DNA of 64,000 nt, from assembly GCA_963681965.1 (NCBI GenBank), contig OY820579.1:1056001-1120000 (forward strand), written 5' to 3'. The notes beneath the pieces are model-generated. The model was given only the letters and a program-made list of their open reading frames with translations, was not told the DNA's origin and did not search any database. This document shows positions 37,374 through 47,976 of the stretch, in pieces. Each line of letters starts with the position of its first letter. The stretch's first letter is position 1. The translations under genes were made by a program, and so were the position numbers. This DNA comes from a bacterium. GTDB taxonomy: Bacteria > Electryoneota > JAOADG01.

Positions 37374-39839
37374 ATGCACTCACTCGACACCAACTGCGCT
37401 CATTGCGGGCGACCGGTTCCCCAAAATCTACTGGGAACGTTCAACCCCAAGCAGGCAAATCATTCGCCCGATTCGACGCGACTGGAATTTTGTTGCTCCG
37501 GTTGCGCAACCGTCTACGCCATTTTACATGAATGCAATTTGGATGATTACTACCGATTACGAGCTGAATTGAGCGATTCCAATCCTCAACCGGCAAAAGT
37601 TTCGGACAAGGATTATCGCGGATACGATGATCCAATATTTCTCGATCAAACCGCTCGTAAATTAGCGGGTGGATTACTGGAAGTTGAATTGTATGTCGAA
37701 GGGACTCATTGTATCGCATGTGCGTGGTTGATCGAAAAGATTTTGGTCGAACGTGCCGGGGCAATTACCGCACGCCTTGACCTTGGTCGAAGTGTCGTTT
37801 CCCTAACATTCGATCCGGTGAAAACACCGTTAAGTCATCTTGCACGGCAACTTGACCGTATCGGTTACCCGCCGCATCCCCTCTTCGATACTGCTCAGAA
37901 AGGATTGCTGAAATCCGAGCGGACGCTTTTGACCCGAATTGGCGTTGCCGCTGCTGGCGCGGGAAACATCATGCTGTTGGCATTCGCTTTGTATGCCGGC
38001 GAGTATTCGGGAATGGAGCAGCAGTATACTTCACTATTTCGCTGGGTTAGTTTAGTACTGACCCTTCCGGTACTGTTATACTCGGCTTTTCCTTTTTATC
38101 AAGGTGCTTACCACAGTATTCGCAATCGAGTGGCAGCCATCGATCTGCCGATCGCACTCGGTATAACGATTAGTTTTCTTGCTAGTACCATTGCGACGAT
38201 CTTTCACCGTTCCGAAGTCTACTTTGATAGTATCACCAGCCTGATTTTCTTATTGCTGGTTGGAAGGTTTGTGTTGGCACGAGCCAATCGGTGGGCAAAT
38301 GAAGCGAGTGTGTCGCTGTTGGGAAATGTCCCGAAGTTGGTGCGAGTGCTTCGCGGGGAAAGCGAGATTGAGCTACCCATACAAGAATTGACAACCGGAG
38401 AGATTATTCTTCTGAAACCGGGTGATGTTGTTCCGGTCGATGGAATTGTTCTGGATCACCCAGCAACAGTTTCCGAAGCTTCGTTGACGGGTGAAGCAAC
38501 AATTCAATGGAAGCAACCTGGAACTATAATATACGCGGCTAATCAGGTTGTCGAGCGATCGCTGAAACTCCGCACCGAAGCTGTTGGCGTAGCGACACGA
38601 CTCGGACGCCTGACTGAGATGATGCGTGCGGCAAAATCCGACCGTGCGCCGATGACGATTATGACCGACCGTATCGCTGGATGGTTTGTGATCGGTGTTA
38701 TCGCGCTAGCGATTGTAACGATCGCAATATGGTGGCATATCGATCCGATGAAGGCACTCTGGTTTACGACAGCCATGATGGTAGTTACTTGCCCTTGTGC
38801 GTTGGGTATTGCGGTTCCTGCCACCTATGCGTCGGCAATCGGTTTTGCCGCGAAACATGGGATTTACATCCGCGGTGCCAGTGTTCTGGAAAAAGCCGCT
38901 TCAGTAAATACAATTCTGCTCGATAAGACCGGTACACTGACGATGGGTGAGCCCGTACTTCGAGAAATTGAAATGATCGCAAACGTGTCGAGCAACATCG
39001 ACCGCGAAATGCTGTTACGAAAAATTTCGGCAGTAGAACGACAGTCGAATCATCATTACCGGAAATCGTTGCTCCGGGATGATGATCGCGAGTTTACAAT
39101 CGACGATTTTATTCAAGTTCCCGGTGCTGGAATTTCAGGTCGGATCACAGCAAATGGAATTGTTGAACGAATCACGATCGGAACCGAGCAATATGTTACC
39201 GGTATCATTTCGACACCGGAACCTCACGCAAAACATCTCGATTCTACACCAATTTGGGTTGCAATTGATAGTACTGCGGTTGCCAAAATATGGCTTCACG
39301 ATCCTATCCGTCCTGAAGCTAAGACCGTGATTGAAGAATTGAAGTCGCTCGGCATGAAATTGGAAATTGTTTCGGGCGACGCATTCGAACCGGTATCATC
39401 GGTGGCAAAAAGTCTGGAGATTTCGAATTTCTTTAGTCGAATGACACCCGAAGCAAAATTGGAACATGTAGCCAACATGTCGAAGACTGCTCATGCATGT
39501 GTATTGATGGTTGGCGATGGTGTAAATGATGCGGCTGCACTGGGTATTGTCGATGTCGGTATTAGTCCCGCCGGTAGTGCTGAAGTGACTCGCGAAGCCG
39601 CTGCGGTGTTTCTTGTGAATCCCGGTATCGAACCGGTGGTATCATTACTTCGACTTGCACGACGAACTTCAAATCGAATTCGGTTGAATTTAGCGATTGC
39701 CTTCTTGTATAATATTCTAGGAGCAATTCTTGCAATTACTGGACACGTAACACCACTAGTCGCAGCGGTTCTAATGCCAATAAGTAGCCTGACATCGCTC
39801 TATATTGCAACTCGGAGAGGGTTTTTACAGTGGAAATAA
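37374..39839 (+). CDS. ccoI: P1B-type copper ATPase for cbb3 oxidase assembly (CcoI/FixI)
   Basis: N-terminal CAHC..FCCSGC, HMA-like HCIAC, TGE, CPC, DKTGT and GDGVND. Followed by ccoS. Confidence 0.88.
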   Translation: MHSLDTNCAHCGRPVPQNLLGTFNPKQANHSPDSTRLEFCCSGCATVYAILHECNLDDYYRLRAELSDSNPQPAKVSDKDYRGYDDPIFLDQTARKLAGGLLEVELYVEGTHCIACAWLIEKILVERAGAITARLDLGRSVVSLTFDPVKTPLSHLARQLDRIGYPPHPLFDTAQKGLLKSERTLLTRIGVAAAGAGNIMLLAFALYAGEYSGMEQQYTSLFRWVSLVLTLPVLLYSAFPFYQGAYHSIRNRVAAIDLPIALGITISFLASTIATIFHRSEVYFDSITSLIFLLLVGRFVLARANRWANEASVSLLGNVPKLVRVLRGESEIELPIQELTTGEIILLKPGDVVPVDGIVLDHPATVSEASLTGEATIQWKQPGTIIYAANQVVERSLKLRTEAVGVATRLGRLTEMMRAAKSDRAPMTIMTDRIAGWFVIGVIALAIVTIAIWWHIDPMKALWFTTAMMVVTCPCALGIAVPATYASAIGFAAKHGIYIRGASVLEKAASVNTILLDKTGTLTMGEPVLREIEMIANVSSNIDREMLLRKISAVERQSNHHYRKSLLRDDDREFTIDDFIQVPGAGISGRITANGIVERITIGTEQYVTGIISTPEPHAKHLDSTPIWVAIDSTAVAKIWLHDPIRPEAKTVIEELKSLGMKLEIVSGDAFEPVSSVAKSLEISNFFSRMTPEAKLEHVANMSKTAHACVLMVGDGVNDAAALGIVDVGISPAGSAEVTREAAAVFLVNPGIEPVVSLLRLARRTSNRIRLNLAIAFLYNILGAILAITGHVTPLVAAVLMPISSLTSLYIATRRGFLQWK

Positions 39840-40000
39840 TTTACCTGCTCTTACCACTGTCACTGGGATTGGCATTAGTCGCCGTGGCGGGATTTCTCTG
39901 GGCAAATAAAAACAAGCAATTCGATGATATGGAAACTCCGGCAAAGAGAATCCTGCTTGACGATGAACGTGTTGAACCAAAACCCGAACCGAAACCGTAA
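39830..40000 (+). CDS. ccoS: cbb3-type oxidase maturation protein CcoS (56 aa, absent from ORF track)
   Basis: GTG start overlapping the ccoI end. Translation MEIIYLLLPLSLGLALVAVAGFLWANKNKQFDDMETPAKRILLDD carries the W..QFDD..P..RIL signature. Confidence 0.9.
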   Translation: MEIIYLLLPLSLGLALVAVAGFLWANKNKQFDDMETPAKRILLDDERVEPKPEPKP

Positions 40001-40024
40001 GTTGCCTTTTATGTTTTTCAATGT

Positions 40025-40056
40025 AAAAACCGGAGTGCAATACACTCCGGTTTTTT
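40025..40056. terminator. Bidirectional intrinsic terminator
   Basis: AAAAACCGGAGTG-caata-CACTCCGGTTTTTT. Confidence 0.9.
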
Positions 40057-40082
40057 GTTATCATCTGTAAAAAATCACCGTT

Positions 40083-40937
40083 TCATTTTGTCAACTGCAT
40101 TCTCCGTACTTGCACATCGTGTCCGGATTCCAACCGATAAAAATAGGTTCCCGAGGAAAGCGCGTTTCCATCGAATGTGACAGTATATTCGCCGGCTGGT
40201 TGTTGTCGATCTACCAACGTTTGAATTTTGCGACCGGTCACATCGAAGACTGATAGATTGACGGGTGCGGAATGATGTAACGAGTATGATATTGTCGTCG
40301 TCGGATTGAATGGATTGGGATAATTCGCTGCCAGTCGGAATGAGTGAAGCAGCTCTCCCCGTGGCGAAATTACTGGTGTTTGTCGCATACCGAGGTACTC
40401 GGCAGTATGCATGTCGATAATATGATCTTGATAAATCGTGTCGATTCCGATCGAAGCAACGTAGGACACAATACATAGCCTTCGACTCGGATTCGCAGGA
40501 ACTGCTCCAAAAGTTGCATATGCTACGTAAGTCCTCACATCGAAGTGCGATGATACAAATGCAGTTCCACCATGAGCACTGGCGATCCAAATTGCAGTAT
40601 CGCTATTCACAAACGGAGCAGTCAGGATGTTATACTGCGATGGGAGTCTTTGCGAGAATGGAGTACTCACGACGATGTCGCGGACTTCGTCGCAGAGCGC
40701 TGCAACCAAGGTGAAGTTATTTGAGAATGGAGAGTAGTACACATAATTCCAACCACTACAGCTCCCATCGCTGGAAACCGGACCATTGCTGATGATGTAA
40801 TGAAGTTCATTGGAATTGTCGAGGCTATCGGCGTAATCGCTCACTTGACTAAAACGATCGAATGAATGAACTTGAGCAAACCCTACCGATGCGACAAGAA
40901 GCGAAACGAATATCGCTAAAATTTTTCTATATGACAT
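40083..40937 (-). CDS. Secreted protein with C-terminal sorting (T9SS-type/FlgD-Ig) domain
   Basis: GGAGG RBS and a signal peptide. C-terminal NYPNPFNPTTTISYSL..LSSGTYFYRL..MQLTK. Confidence 0.85.
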   Translation of the reverse strand: MSYRKILAIFVSLLVASVGFAQVHSFDRFSQVSDYADSLDNSNELHYIISNGPVSSDGSCSGWNYVYYSPFSNNFTLVAALCDEVRDIVVSTPFSQRLPSQYNILTAPFVNSDTAIWIASAHGGTAFVSSHFDVRTYVAYATFGAVPANPSRRLCIVSYVASIGIDTIYQDHIIDMHTAEYLGMRQTPVISPRGELLHSFRLAANYPNPFNPTTTISYSLHHSAPVNLSVFDVTGRKIQTLVDRQQPAGEYTVTFDGNALSSGTYFYRLESGHDVQVRRMQLTK

Positions 40938-41391
40938 ATTGCCTCCAGAGCAACTTGCGTCGAGAATGAATCATCGAATGATAATGTATTCGAATGAATG
41001 GAAAGTCAGTTGTTGTCACTTCCGATCGGTCTTATATCGGTAGGACGCAATGTCGCTGGTTGAAGTTGCAGTAGGGTTTTGGCGAGTTATTTAAAACGAT
41101 ACACAATGTACAGATCTGTATCATTGGGTTGTGTGACGAATAGAAAAGTGTCTGAATTTAGTACACAAATTTCTACGGTATTTACTTTGAAAAAACGAGA
41201 TCAATTCGTGTAGTAATATTATCAAAGATATAACTCGAACTCCGAAGAGGCTTTCAGAGTAGTCCAGTAAAATTGCTCTGTTTTAATCGGGTTAATCGAT
41301 ATCACTCTGGGATAGAATCGGATAGATGTACCGATCTTCGGCAATTGTGAGGAATTGCCGTCAGTGCTAAGGGTGTATTTGCTTGAGCGAT

Positions 41392-41847
41392 TTAGTTGGA
41401 CAATCGTCGCTGACTGATCGATTCCATCATTAGCGCAGTGGTACGATAATGATTGCTCGCAGCAATATCGCCTTTTTTCTGGATCGCACTCGCCAATACC
41501 GAAAATGCTTTCGGTAAGATCGGAACCTGTTCGAGCGAACTCTCAATCACGGTTTCAATACATTGAATCGATTTTTCAATGTCACCCATCGCTAAGTATG
41601 TATTTGCTAACGCGATGCGAATCTCCACTCGTTGAGGTTTTAAAGCGAGAGCTTTTTGATAATTGACAGCCGCTAAATCGAATTGGTGTTTGCGAAAGTA
41701 AATGTTTCCAAGGTGTAAATAGGCAAGTAAATAATCGGGATCGAGGGTCAATGATCGTTGATAAAATTCGATTGCAAGATCAACATCACCATTTGCAACC
41801 GCTTGGTCACCCTTGACCGTATACATTTCGGGCCAGACATGCCACAT
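41392..41847 (-). CDS. Tetratricopeptide repeat protein
   Basis: AGGAGG RBS. TPR repeats AYLHLGNIY..YQKALALKP. Confidence 0.8.
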   Translation of the reverse strand: MWHVWPEMYTVKGDQAVANGDVDLAIEFYQRSLTLDPDYLLAYLHLGNIYFRKHQFDLAAVNYQKALALKPQRVEIRIALANTYLAMGDIEKSIQCIETVIESSLEQVPILPKAFSVLASAIQKKGDIAASNHYRTTALMMESISQRRLSN

Positions 41848-42277
41848 GATAGCCTCCTGGAATGGTTGTGTCAGTTGTTAATCGAAGTACACTGTTGTAT
41901 GGTTGTCATGATAACGCACGATTGTAATACTCGCAAGTATGTTTTGAAATATTATTGTAAATTCCGTGAAACCAATTTTATTCCTAACTTAGACGATTGT
42001 TTTGTTCTATTATAAACAACGCTTTAAATGTTTTTTATTGTTATGGCTGTTTGGTCAGTTTTATCACTCGCAGCGAGCGAGAGTCGGTTTATTATGGCAC
42101 TTACGTAAATATGTAAGAGGGGATTAGAGAGCTGAAAATCAAAGAAATCAAATTTCTTGTCTTTTCAGTTCTTGTGTCGTAAGTAACGCTATATATTTAA
42201 CAATTCAGTAACAATTGCTTCAATTGCACTACATCTTCGGACAATAACCCGTTTGAGAATCTGATTCGGAGTTCGGT

Positions 42278-44407
42278 ATGGATACCTTCCGCTACGATGA
42301 TGCAATCGTTCGGAAATTTGTAATTGCCACTGTGTTCTGGGGCATCGTGGGGATGCTGGTCGGATTGGTTGTCGCTACAGAATTGGCGTTCTGGCAAGTC
42401 AACGCCGGCATTGCGCAGATTACCTTCGGTCGGCTTCGCGCACTTCACACCAATGCAGTAATCTTTGCCTTTGCTGGAAATGCAATCTTTGCTGCAGTCT
42501 ATTATTCAGCACAGCGGTTGTTGAAGGCGCGCATGTTCAGCGACACCCTGTCGAAGTTGCACTTCTGGGGTTGGCAGCTCATTATCGTTGCTGCGGCATT
42601 GACACTTGTCTCGGGTTATTCTGTCGGTAAGGAGTATGCCGAGTTGGAATGGCCGATCGATTTGGCGATTGCCGTTGTCTGGGTAATCTTCATTATCAAT
42701 TTCTTCGGTACTATTTTCAAACGCCGCGAACCACATCTCTATATCTCGATGTGGTATTACATTGCCAGTATTCTCGCGATCGCGATCCTTCATATCGTCA
42801 ATTCCATTGAAATTCCTGTCAGTTTCCTGAAGAGCTATCCGGTATACGCCGGTGTTCAAGATGCGATGGTGCAGTGGTGGTACGGTCACAATGCCGTGGG
42901 TTTCTTGCTCACTACCCCCTTTCTGGGGATGATGTATTATTTTGTCCCGAAACAAGCGCAACGCCCAATTTTCAGCTATCGTCTGGGTATTGTCAGTTTC
43001 TGGGCACTGATCTTCATCTATATGTGGGCAGGCCCGCACCATTTGCTCTATACCGCCCTGCCGGAATGGTCGCAAACTCTCGGTATGATCTTCAGTTTGA
43101 TGTTGCTCCCCCCGTCATGGGGCTCGATGGTCAATGGGTTGTTGACGCTGCGTGGCGCTTGGGACAAACTCAAGACCGATCCAATTCTCAAATTTCTTGC
43201 AGTCAGTGTGACTTTCTACGGGATGTCGACGTTTGAAGGTCCGATGATGGCGATCAAGTCACTCAATTCGATCACCCACTATACAGATTATACTGTCGGA
43301 CACGTTCACAGCGGTGCCCTTGGCTGGGTTGGGTTTATGGTGTTTGCGGCACTTTATTTCATGATTCCCCGACTTTGGCGTCGACCGTTGCACAGCAAAC
43401 AGCTTGCCGAGACTCACTTCTGGTTCGGTACAATCGGTATCATCCTGTATTACATCCCGATCATCACTGCCGGTATCATTCAGAGTTTGATGTGGAAGGC
43501 GTTCGATGCCGAAGGGCTGTTGAAGTATCCGAATTGGATGGAAACTGTCAATGCGATCATGCCGTTGTATTATCTCCGTATTTTTGGCGGGACGGCTTAT
43601 CTGATCGGTGTCTTTTTGATGGGCTTTAACCTTTGGAAAACAGCTCGCGGCGTAACCAAAGTAGAGCTAGCCGATGAACTGGTTCAAGCACAACCCATGC
43701 CGCAACAAGTCGATATTAAGAAGGGATCGTTTTTCCATAATTTCATCGAGACGGCTCCGATCACTTTGACTTTAATTGCAGCCGTACTCGTCAGTATCGG
43801 TGGAATCGTTCAGATTACACCACTCTTAATTAATTCCAAACCTCAACCGGTCTTCCAAAGTATTGTAAAACCGTATACATCACTCGAGTTAACGGGACGG
43901 GATATTTACATTTCAGAAGGGTGCTACAATTGTCACAGTCAGATGGTCCGACCATTACGCGATGAATTGATCCGATATGGTGAATACTCGCGTCAGGAAG
44001 AATCCATTTACGATCACCCATTCCAATGGGGAAGCCGGCGAATTGGACCCGATCTAGCTCGTGTCGGAGGAAAATATCCGGATAATTGGCATTACTTACA
44101 TATGAAGGATCCGCGTGCCATCACACCCGGTTCGATCATGCCGCCTTATCCATGGTTGTTGAAAGAAAAATTTGATCTCTCCATGATCAACCGGAAAATG
44201 GCAGTGTTGCGAATCGAAGGGGTACCTTACTCCGAAAGCGATATCGAACAAGCGATCCCCACGGCAAAGATTCAATCCGGTGAAATTGCGGCGAAGCTTG
44301 CGAAAGATGGACACCAGAACACGCAAGACAAAAAGATCGTTGCTCTAATTGCATATTTGCAACGATTGGGAATGGATTTCCGGAATCTTCGGGTAGCTGA
44401 GAAATAA
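42278..44407 (+). CDS. ccoN: cbb3-type cytochrome c oxidase fused subunits I/II (CcoNO)
   Basis: GRLRALHTN, WWYGHNAVGF, WAGPHHL and GHVHSG. CcoO part EGCYNCHSQMVRP, WGSRRIGPDL and SIMP. Confidence 0.97.
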   Translation: MDTFRYDDAIVRKFVIATVFWGIVGMLVGLVVATELAFWQVNAGIAQITFGRLRALHTNAVIFAFAGNAIFAAVYYSAQRLLKARMFSDTLSKLHFWGWQLIIVAAALTLVSGYSVGKEYAELEWPIDLAIAVVWVIFIINFFGTIFKRREPHLYISMWYYIASILAIAILHIVNSIEIPVSFLKSYPVYAGVQDAMVQWWYGHNAVGFLLTTPFLGMMYYFVPKQAQRPIFSYRLGIVSFWALIFIYMWAGPHHLLYTALPEWSQTLGMIFSLMLLPPSWGSMVNGLLTLRGAWDKLKTDPILKFLAVSVTFYGMSTFEGPMMAIKSLNSITHYTDYTVGHVHSGALGWVGFMVFAALYFMIPRLWRRPLHSKQLAETHFWFGTIGIILYYIPIITAGIIQSLMWKAFDAEGLLKYPNWMETVNAIMPLYYLRIFGGTAYLIGVFLMGFNLWKTARGVTKVELADELVQAQPMPQQVDIKKGSFFHNFIETAPITLTLIAAVLVSIGGIVQITPLLINSKPQPVFQSIVKPYTSLELTGRDIYISEGCYNCHSQMVRPLRDELIRYGEYSRQEESIYDHPFQWGSRRIGPDLARVGGKYPDNWHYLHMKDPRAITPGSIMPPYPWLLKEKFDLSMINRKMAVLRIEGVPYSESDIEQAIPTAKIQSGEIAAKLAKDGHQNTQDKKIVALIAYLQRLGMDFRNLRVAEK

Positions 44408-44462
44408 CGATTTGTTCCGAAAGTTTTTTAGTGATTGCTTCAACTAGAAATTGGGATAATCA

Positions 44463-44636
44463 GTGCTGCAACAGATAGCATCGAAAATCGATCCGATCTA
44501 TGGTATCATAAGCTTGATACTCTGTTTCATTGCCTTTGTGGTCGTGCTGATTCAATTGTTTTTGGTTCGCAAAGAACGATGGGATCAGCAGGCATTGTTA
44601 GCACTAGATGAAACCGAACGGCAGCAAACCGAGTAA
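44463..44636 (+). CDS. ccoQ: cbb3-type oxidase subunit CcoQ (57 aa, absent from ORF track)
   Basis: GTG start with GGGA RBS. MLQQIASKIDPIYGIISLILCFIAFVVVLIQLFLVRKERWDQQALLALDE has a single TM and sits between ccoNO and ccoP. Confidence 0.75.
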   Translation: MLQQIASKIDPIYGIISLILCFIAFVVVLIQLFLVRKERWDQQALLALDETERQQTE

Positions 44637-44743
44637 AGCAAATTTGTGATTCGCACCGATCGACAGAGACGTCTAAGTCTGTTTGATCTTGACACTGTTA
44701 GACAATTCACTGAATATTAAACCATTCATATGAAAATTCGATT

Positions 44744-45448
44744 ATGAAAAACACCACAAACCCCAATGAACCGGAACAGCATTCGGAAGAACACCTTCCG
44801 GTTTTCGACGACGATGTGACCGAAGCGGATAACCCGATTCCACGCTGGTGGCTGGCTTTTTTCTTTACCATGATCGCAGTCGCGGTATTTTATTTCGGGT
44901 ACTATCAGATTTTTGCCGTCGGGTATTCGCTTGAGGATGAATTGCGCATTGATGTTCAGCAAGCGAAAATCGAGCAGGATATTCGCGATCGCGAACTGCA
45001 AGCCAAAATGGAATCGACGATGGCTCCGGAAGCGATCGGAAAGAAGTATTTCAAGACCTTCTGTGCGAGTTGTCATGGTGCCGAAGGTGAAGGCAATATC
45101 GGACCGAACTTCCATGATAACAGTTGGATTCATGAACCGACGCAAGCCTCGCTGATCAATGTTGTGACCAATGGTGTTGCAGCCAAGGGAATGCCGACTT
45201 GGGGTCCGATTCTCGGCGATAAGAAAATCAAGTCGTTGATTGCCTATGTGATGTCACTGCGTAATGAAACATTAACTGTTGCCGGAAAAGCTCCGGAAGG
45301 AAACGTGTATTCCAAAGAACAACTGGAAGCGTTAATGACCGGTAAAGCTGTCGAAATGGCGACCAATACTTCACCGAGCCGCGATAAACCGGCAGCAGAA
45401 AAAGCGAAATCAACATCGAAACCGAAAGGGAAGAAAGGGAAGAAGTAA
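44744..45448 (+). CDS. ccoP: cbb3-type oxidase subunit III CcoP (single heme)
   Basis: EADNPIPRWW N-terminal motif, one CASCH, IGPN and GMPTW. Confidence 0.9.
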   Translation: MKNTTNPNEPEQHSEEHLPVFDDDVTEADNPIPRWWLAFFFTMIAVAVFYFGYYQIFAVGYSLEDELRIDVQQAKIEQDIRDRELQAKMESTMAPEAIGKKYFKTFCASCHGAEGEGNIGPNFHDNSWIHEPTQASLINVVTNGVAAKGMPTWGPILGDKKIKSLIAYVMSLRNETLTVAGKAPEGNVYSKEQLEALMTGKAVEMATNTSPSRDKPAAEKAKSTSKPKGKKGKK

Positions 45449-45504
45449 CATATACCGATCGAACATAAACATATCGATCTGTCTCAAATGAAATTGTAAA
45501 TCGC

Positions 45505-46908
45505 ATGGCACAATACAACACGGACCAATCTGTTCACGGTTCCCTCATCTTAGGCGGGAAACGAAAACGGCAGTATCCCGATCGTGTTCCCGGGCGATGG
45601 ACCATCCGACGAGAGACCGTTGGTTATTTCTTAATGTTTCTGTTTTTGGTTTTACCTTGGATTAATATTGCTGGTAAACAAGCAATATTGTTTGATATCG
45701 CTGACCGAAAATTCACTATTCTCGGATCGACTTTCATACCGGAAGACTTCTTTCTACTTGCCTTATTTCTCTTGTTAAGTACTCTTGCCTTGTTTCTTTT
45801 CAGTGCACTATTTGGTCGGATCTGGTGTGGGTGGGCATGTCCGCAAACGGTCTTCATGGAGAGTGTTTACCGTCAGGTTGAGCGATTCATCGAGGGCAAT
45901 TCCCGCAAGATGTTGGTGCGCGATCAAGCCAAATCTGCCGGGACACCGCCGAAAGATTATTATCCCGTAAAGATAATAAAACACCTTGTGTTCATCGGAA
46001 TGTCCGGTTTTTTTGCACTCAACTTTATGACCTATTTTCTCGGTCGCAAACAAGGATTTCAATTACTATCAATCCCGACCGATACCCATCCTTACGGCTT
46101 TGTCGCATTTCTAATTCTAGCGGCGTTCATGTATTTCGTCGGTGCGTTTTTCCGCGAAATGGCGTGTACCTTCGTTTGTCCGTATGCGAGATTTCAATCG
46201 GTATTACTGGATCGACATAGTATCGTTGTCGGTTACGATAAAGTGCGCGGAGAACCCCGCGAAAAAATCACCCGGAACGTCGAACGTACGGCTGGTGATT
46301 GTATCGATTGCAACCGATGCGTTCAGGTATGTCCTACCGGAATCGATATCCGCAATGGTCTCCAACTCGAGTGCGTCAATTGCACTGCTTGTATCGATGC
46401 TTGCGACGAAGTAATGGTTCGTGTTGGTAAACCGAAAGGGTTAATTCGATACGATTCAACTGCTGCGTTGGAAGGGGAAAAGCGCCGAAAAATATTTCGA
46501 ACCAGAACGATTATTTATCTGGTGCTATTTACAGTTATTGTTGTCCTTTCCGGACTGCAATTGCACCGTCGGGGCGATGTACAAGCCAGTGTCCTCCGCG
46601 CTCCGGGAATGCCATATATCAAACAAGCGGACAATCGTGTTCGAAATGCCTTTATCGTGAAGTTGGAAAATCGGAGTAACACCCCGCAATCTATTTCAAT
46701 CCGACCGGATGGGCTTCCCGGTGCGGAGTGGATCATCGCAGGCGATCCATTTTCGCTCATACCCGAGAGTGAATTGCGCGTGAATGTATACGGCGTTGTA
46801 CTACAAACGAGTGTCAAACAGGAAGAAATACCGATTCAATTCCACATAATCCAGAATAATCGGGAGATCATGATTCTGAAGGCTAAGTTTCTCGGACCCG
46901 AAGAATAG
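45505..46908 (+). CDS. ccoG: Cytochrome c oxidase accessory Fe-S protein CcoG/FixG
   Basis: GRIWCGWACPQT, CPYARFQ, CIDCNRCVQVCPTGIDIR and CVNCTACIDAC. Confidence 0.95.
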   Translation: MAQYNTDQSVHGSLILGGKRKRQYPDRVPGRWTIRRETVGYFLMFLFLVLPWINIAGKQAILFDIADRKFTILGSTFIPEDFFLLALFLLLSTLALFLFSALFGRIWCGWACPQTVFMESVYRQVERFIEGNSRKMLVRDQAKSAGTPPKDYYPVKIIKHLVFIGMSGFFALNFMTYFLGRKQGFQLLSIPTDTHPYGFVAFLILAAFMYFVGAFFREMACTFVCPYARFQSVLLDRHSIVVGYDKVRGEPREKITRNVERTAGDCIDCNRCVQVCPTGIDIRNGLQLECVNCTACIDACDEVMVRVGKPKGLIRYDSTAALEGEKRRKIFRTRTIIYLVLFTVIVVLSGLQLHRRGDVQASVLRAPGMPYIKQADNRVRNAFIVKLENRSNTPQSISIRPDGLPGAEWIIAGDPFSLIPESELRVNVYGVVLQTSVKQEEIPIQFHIIQNNREIMILKAKFLGPEE

Positions 46909-46912
46909 TATC

Positions 46913-47437
46913 ATGACCGAACCCACTCATCCTCCCAAGAAAATGCCGCTAGGTTTTAAAATCCTGATTGGAATTTTGATTGGGAATGTGTTATTGATGA
47001 TCGGTTTAGTTCTACTATCGGAACAAAACAAACCGGAATTGGTCGATGAAAATTATTACATAAACGGTAATCTTGATTCGGTAAAATTGACCGCTCGCGA
47101 GAATGCGAAAAGTGGTTGGAAACCAATTATTCAATGTAACGGAGTTGATTCCGGAGCGACTGAAATTCGGATCTGGTTGAACGTTTCCCCAGCCGATACG
47201 GCATCGATGCTCGGTGTCACGGGAACGATTGCTTTGTTCCGCCCATCGGGAAAACAGTGGGACCGAAGATCGATCTTACTTAAACCGGATCGACGATGGT
47301 TTTTTACGGCACACTTCGAACCTGAACTCGAACACGGTCGGTGGCTGGCTCAGTTGGATTTGCGATCAACTACCGGAAAACACTTCAAAGATCAGATCGC
47401 TTTTGAATACAAGCCCTCTGCTCTCGGTAATAAATAG
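46913..47437 (+). CDS. ccoH: FixH/CcoH-family protein
   Basis: N-terminal TM, ELVDENYY, LFRPS..D and GRW. Located after ccoG. Confidence 0.8.
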   Translation: MTEPTHPPKKMPLGFKILIGILIGNVLLMIGLVLLSEQNKPELVDENYYINGNLDSVKLTARENAKSGWKPIIQCNGVDSGATEIRIWLNVSPADTASMLGVTGTIALFRPSGKQWDRRSILLKPDRRWFFTAHFEPELEHGRWLAQLDLRSTTGKHFKDQIAFEYKPSALGNK

Positions 47438-47478
47438 CAATTTTAATTCTAATGGATCGAGACCGTGGAAAAGTGACA

Positions 47479-47976
47479 ATGTCGAATATATCTCTTTCCT
47501 CTCAACCAGCTTCGATTACAATCTCACTTGCAACAACGCAGCACAATATTGCAATTGCACGAACACTATTTATCGAATATGCCCAGAGCCTCCATTTCAA
47601 TCTCTGTTTTCAAAACTTCGATTCCGAACTGGCACGGTTACCCGGTGAATATGCGCCACCATCGGGTCGACTCTATTTGGCGAGATTTCAACGTAAAGTT
47701 GCTGGGTGTGTTGCGTTGCATGCATTCGATCGGGATATCTGTGAAATGAAGCGATTGTATGTTCGACCGAATTTTCGTGGATTTCATTTAGGTCGCCTCC
47801 TCGCGGAGAAAATCCTACAAGACGCGAAAACCATCGGGTATCGCTCAATGAGGTTGGATACGATCGATACAATGGTGGAAGCGATCCGATTGTACGAACG
47901 GATGGGATTTCAACGGATTCACCCATATCGCCCCAATCCGATACCGGGTGCAGTGTTCATGGAAATCACGTTATAA
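47479..47976 (+). CDS. GNAT-family N-acetyltransferase
   Basis: LCFQNFDSELARLPGEY, CEMKRLYVRPNFRGFHLGR, MRLDT and LYERMGF. Start could be 47452. Confidence 0.9.
   Translation: MSNISLSSQPASITISLATTQHNIAIARTLFIEYAQSLHFNLCFQNFDSELARLPGEYAPPSGRLYLARFQRKVAGCVALHAFDRDICEMKRLYVRPNFRGFHLGRLLAEKILQDAKTIGYRSMRLDTIDTMVEAIRLYERMGFQRIHPYRPNPIPGAVFMEITL

Noticed and set aside
40075-40590. 171-aa Cys/Arg-rich minus-strand ORF that looks like a peptide precursor
   Set aside because: Alternative frame of the well-supported secreted protein gene 40083-40937.
42090-42115. TGGCAC upstream of ccoNO as a sigma54 promoter, and a possible FNR box in this spacer
   Set aside because: There is no GC at the -12 position, and I found no convincing TTGAT-N4-ATCAA.
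42506-43075. 189-aa minus-strand ORF
   Set aside because: Antisense shadow of ccoN.
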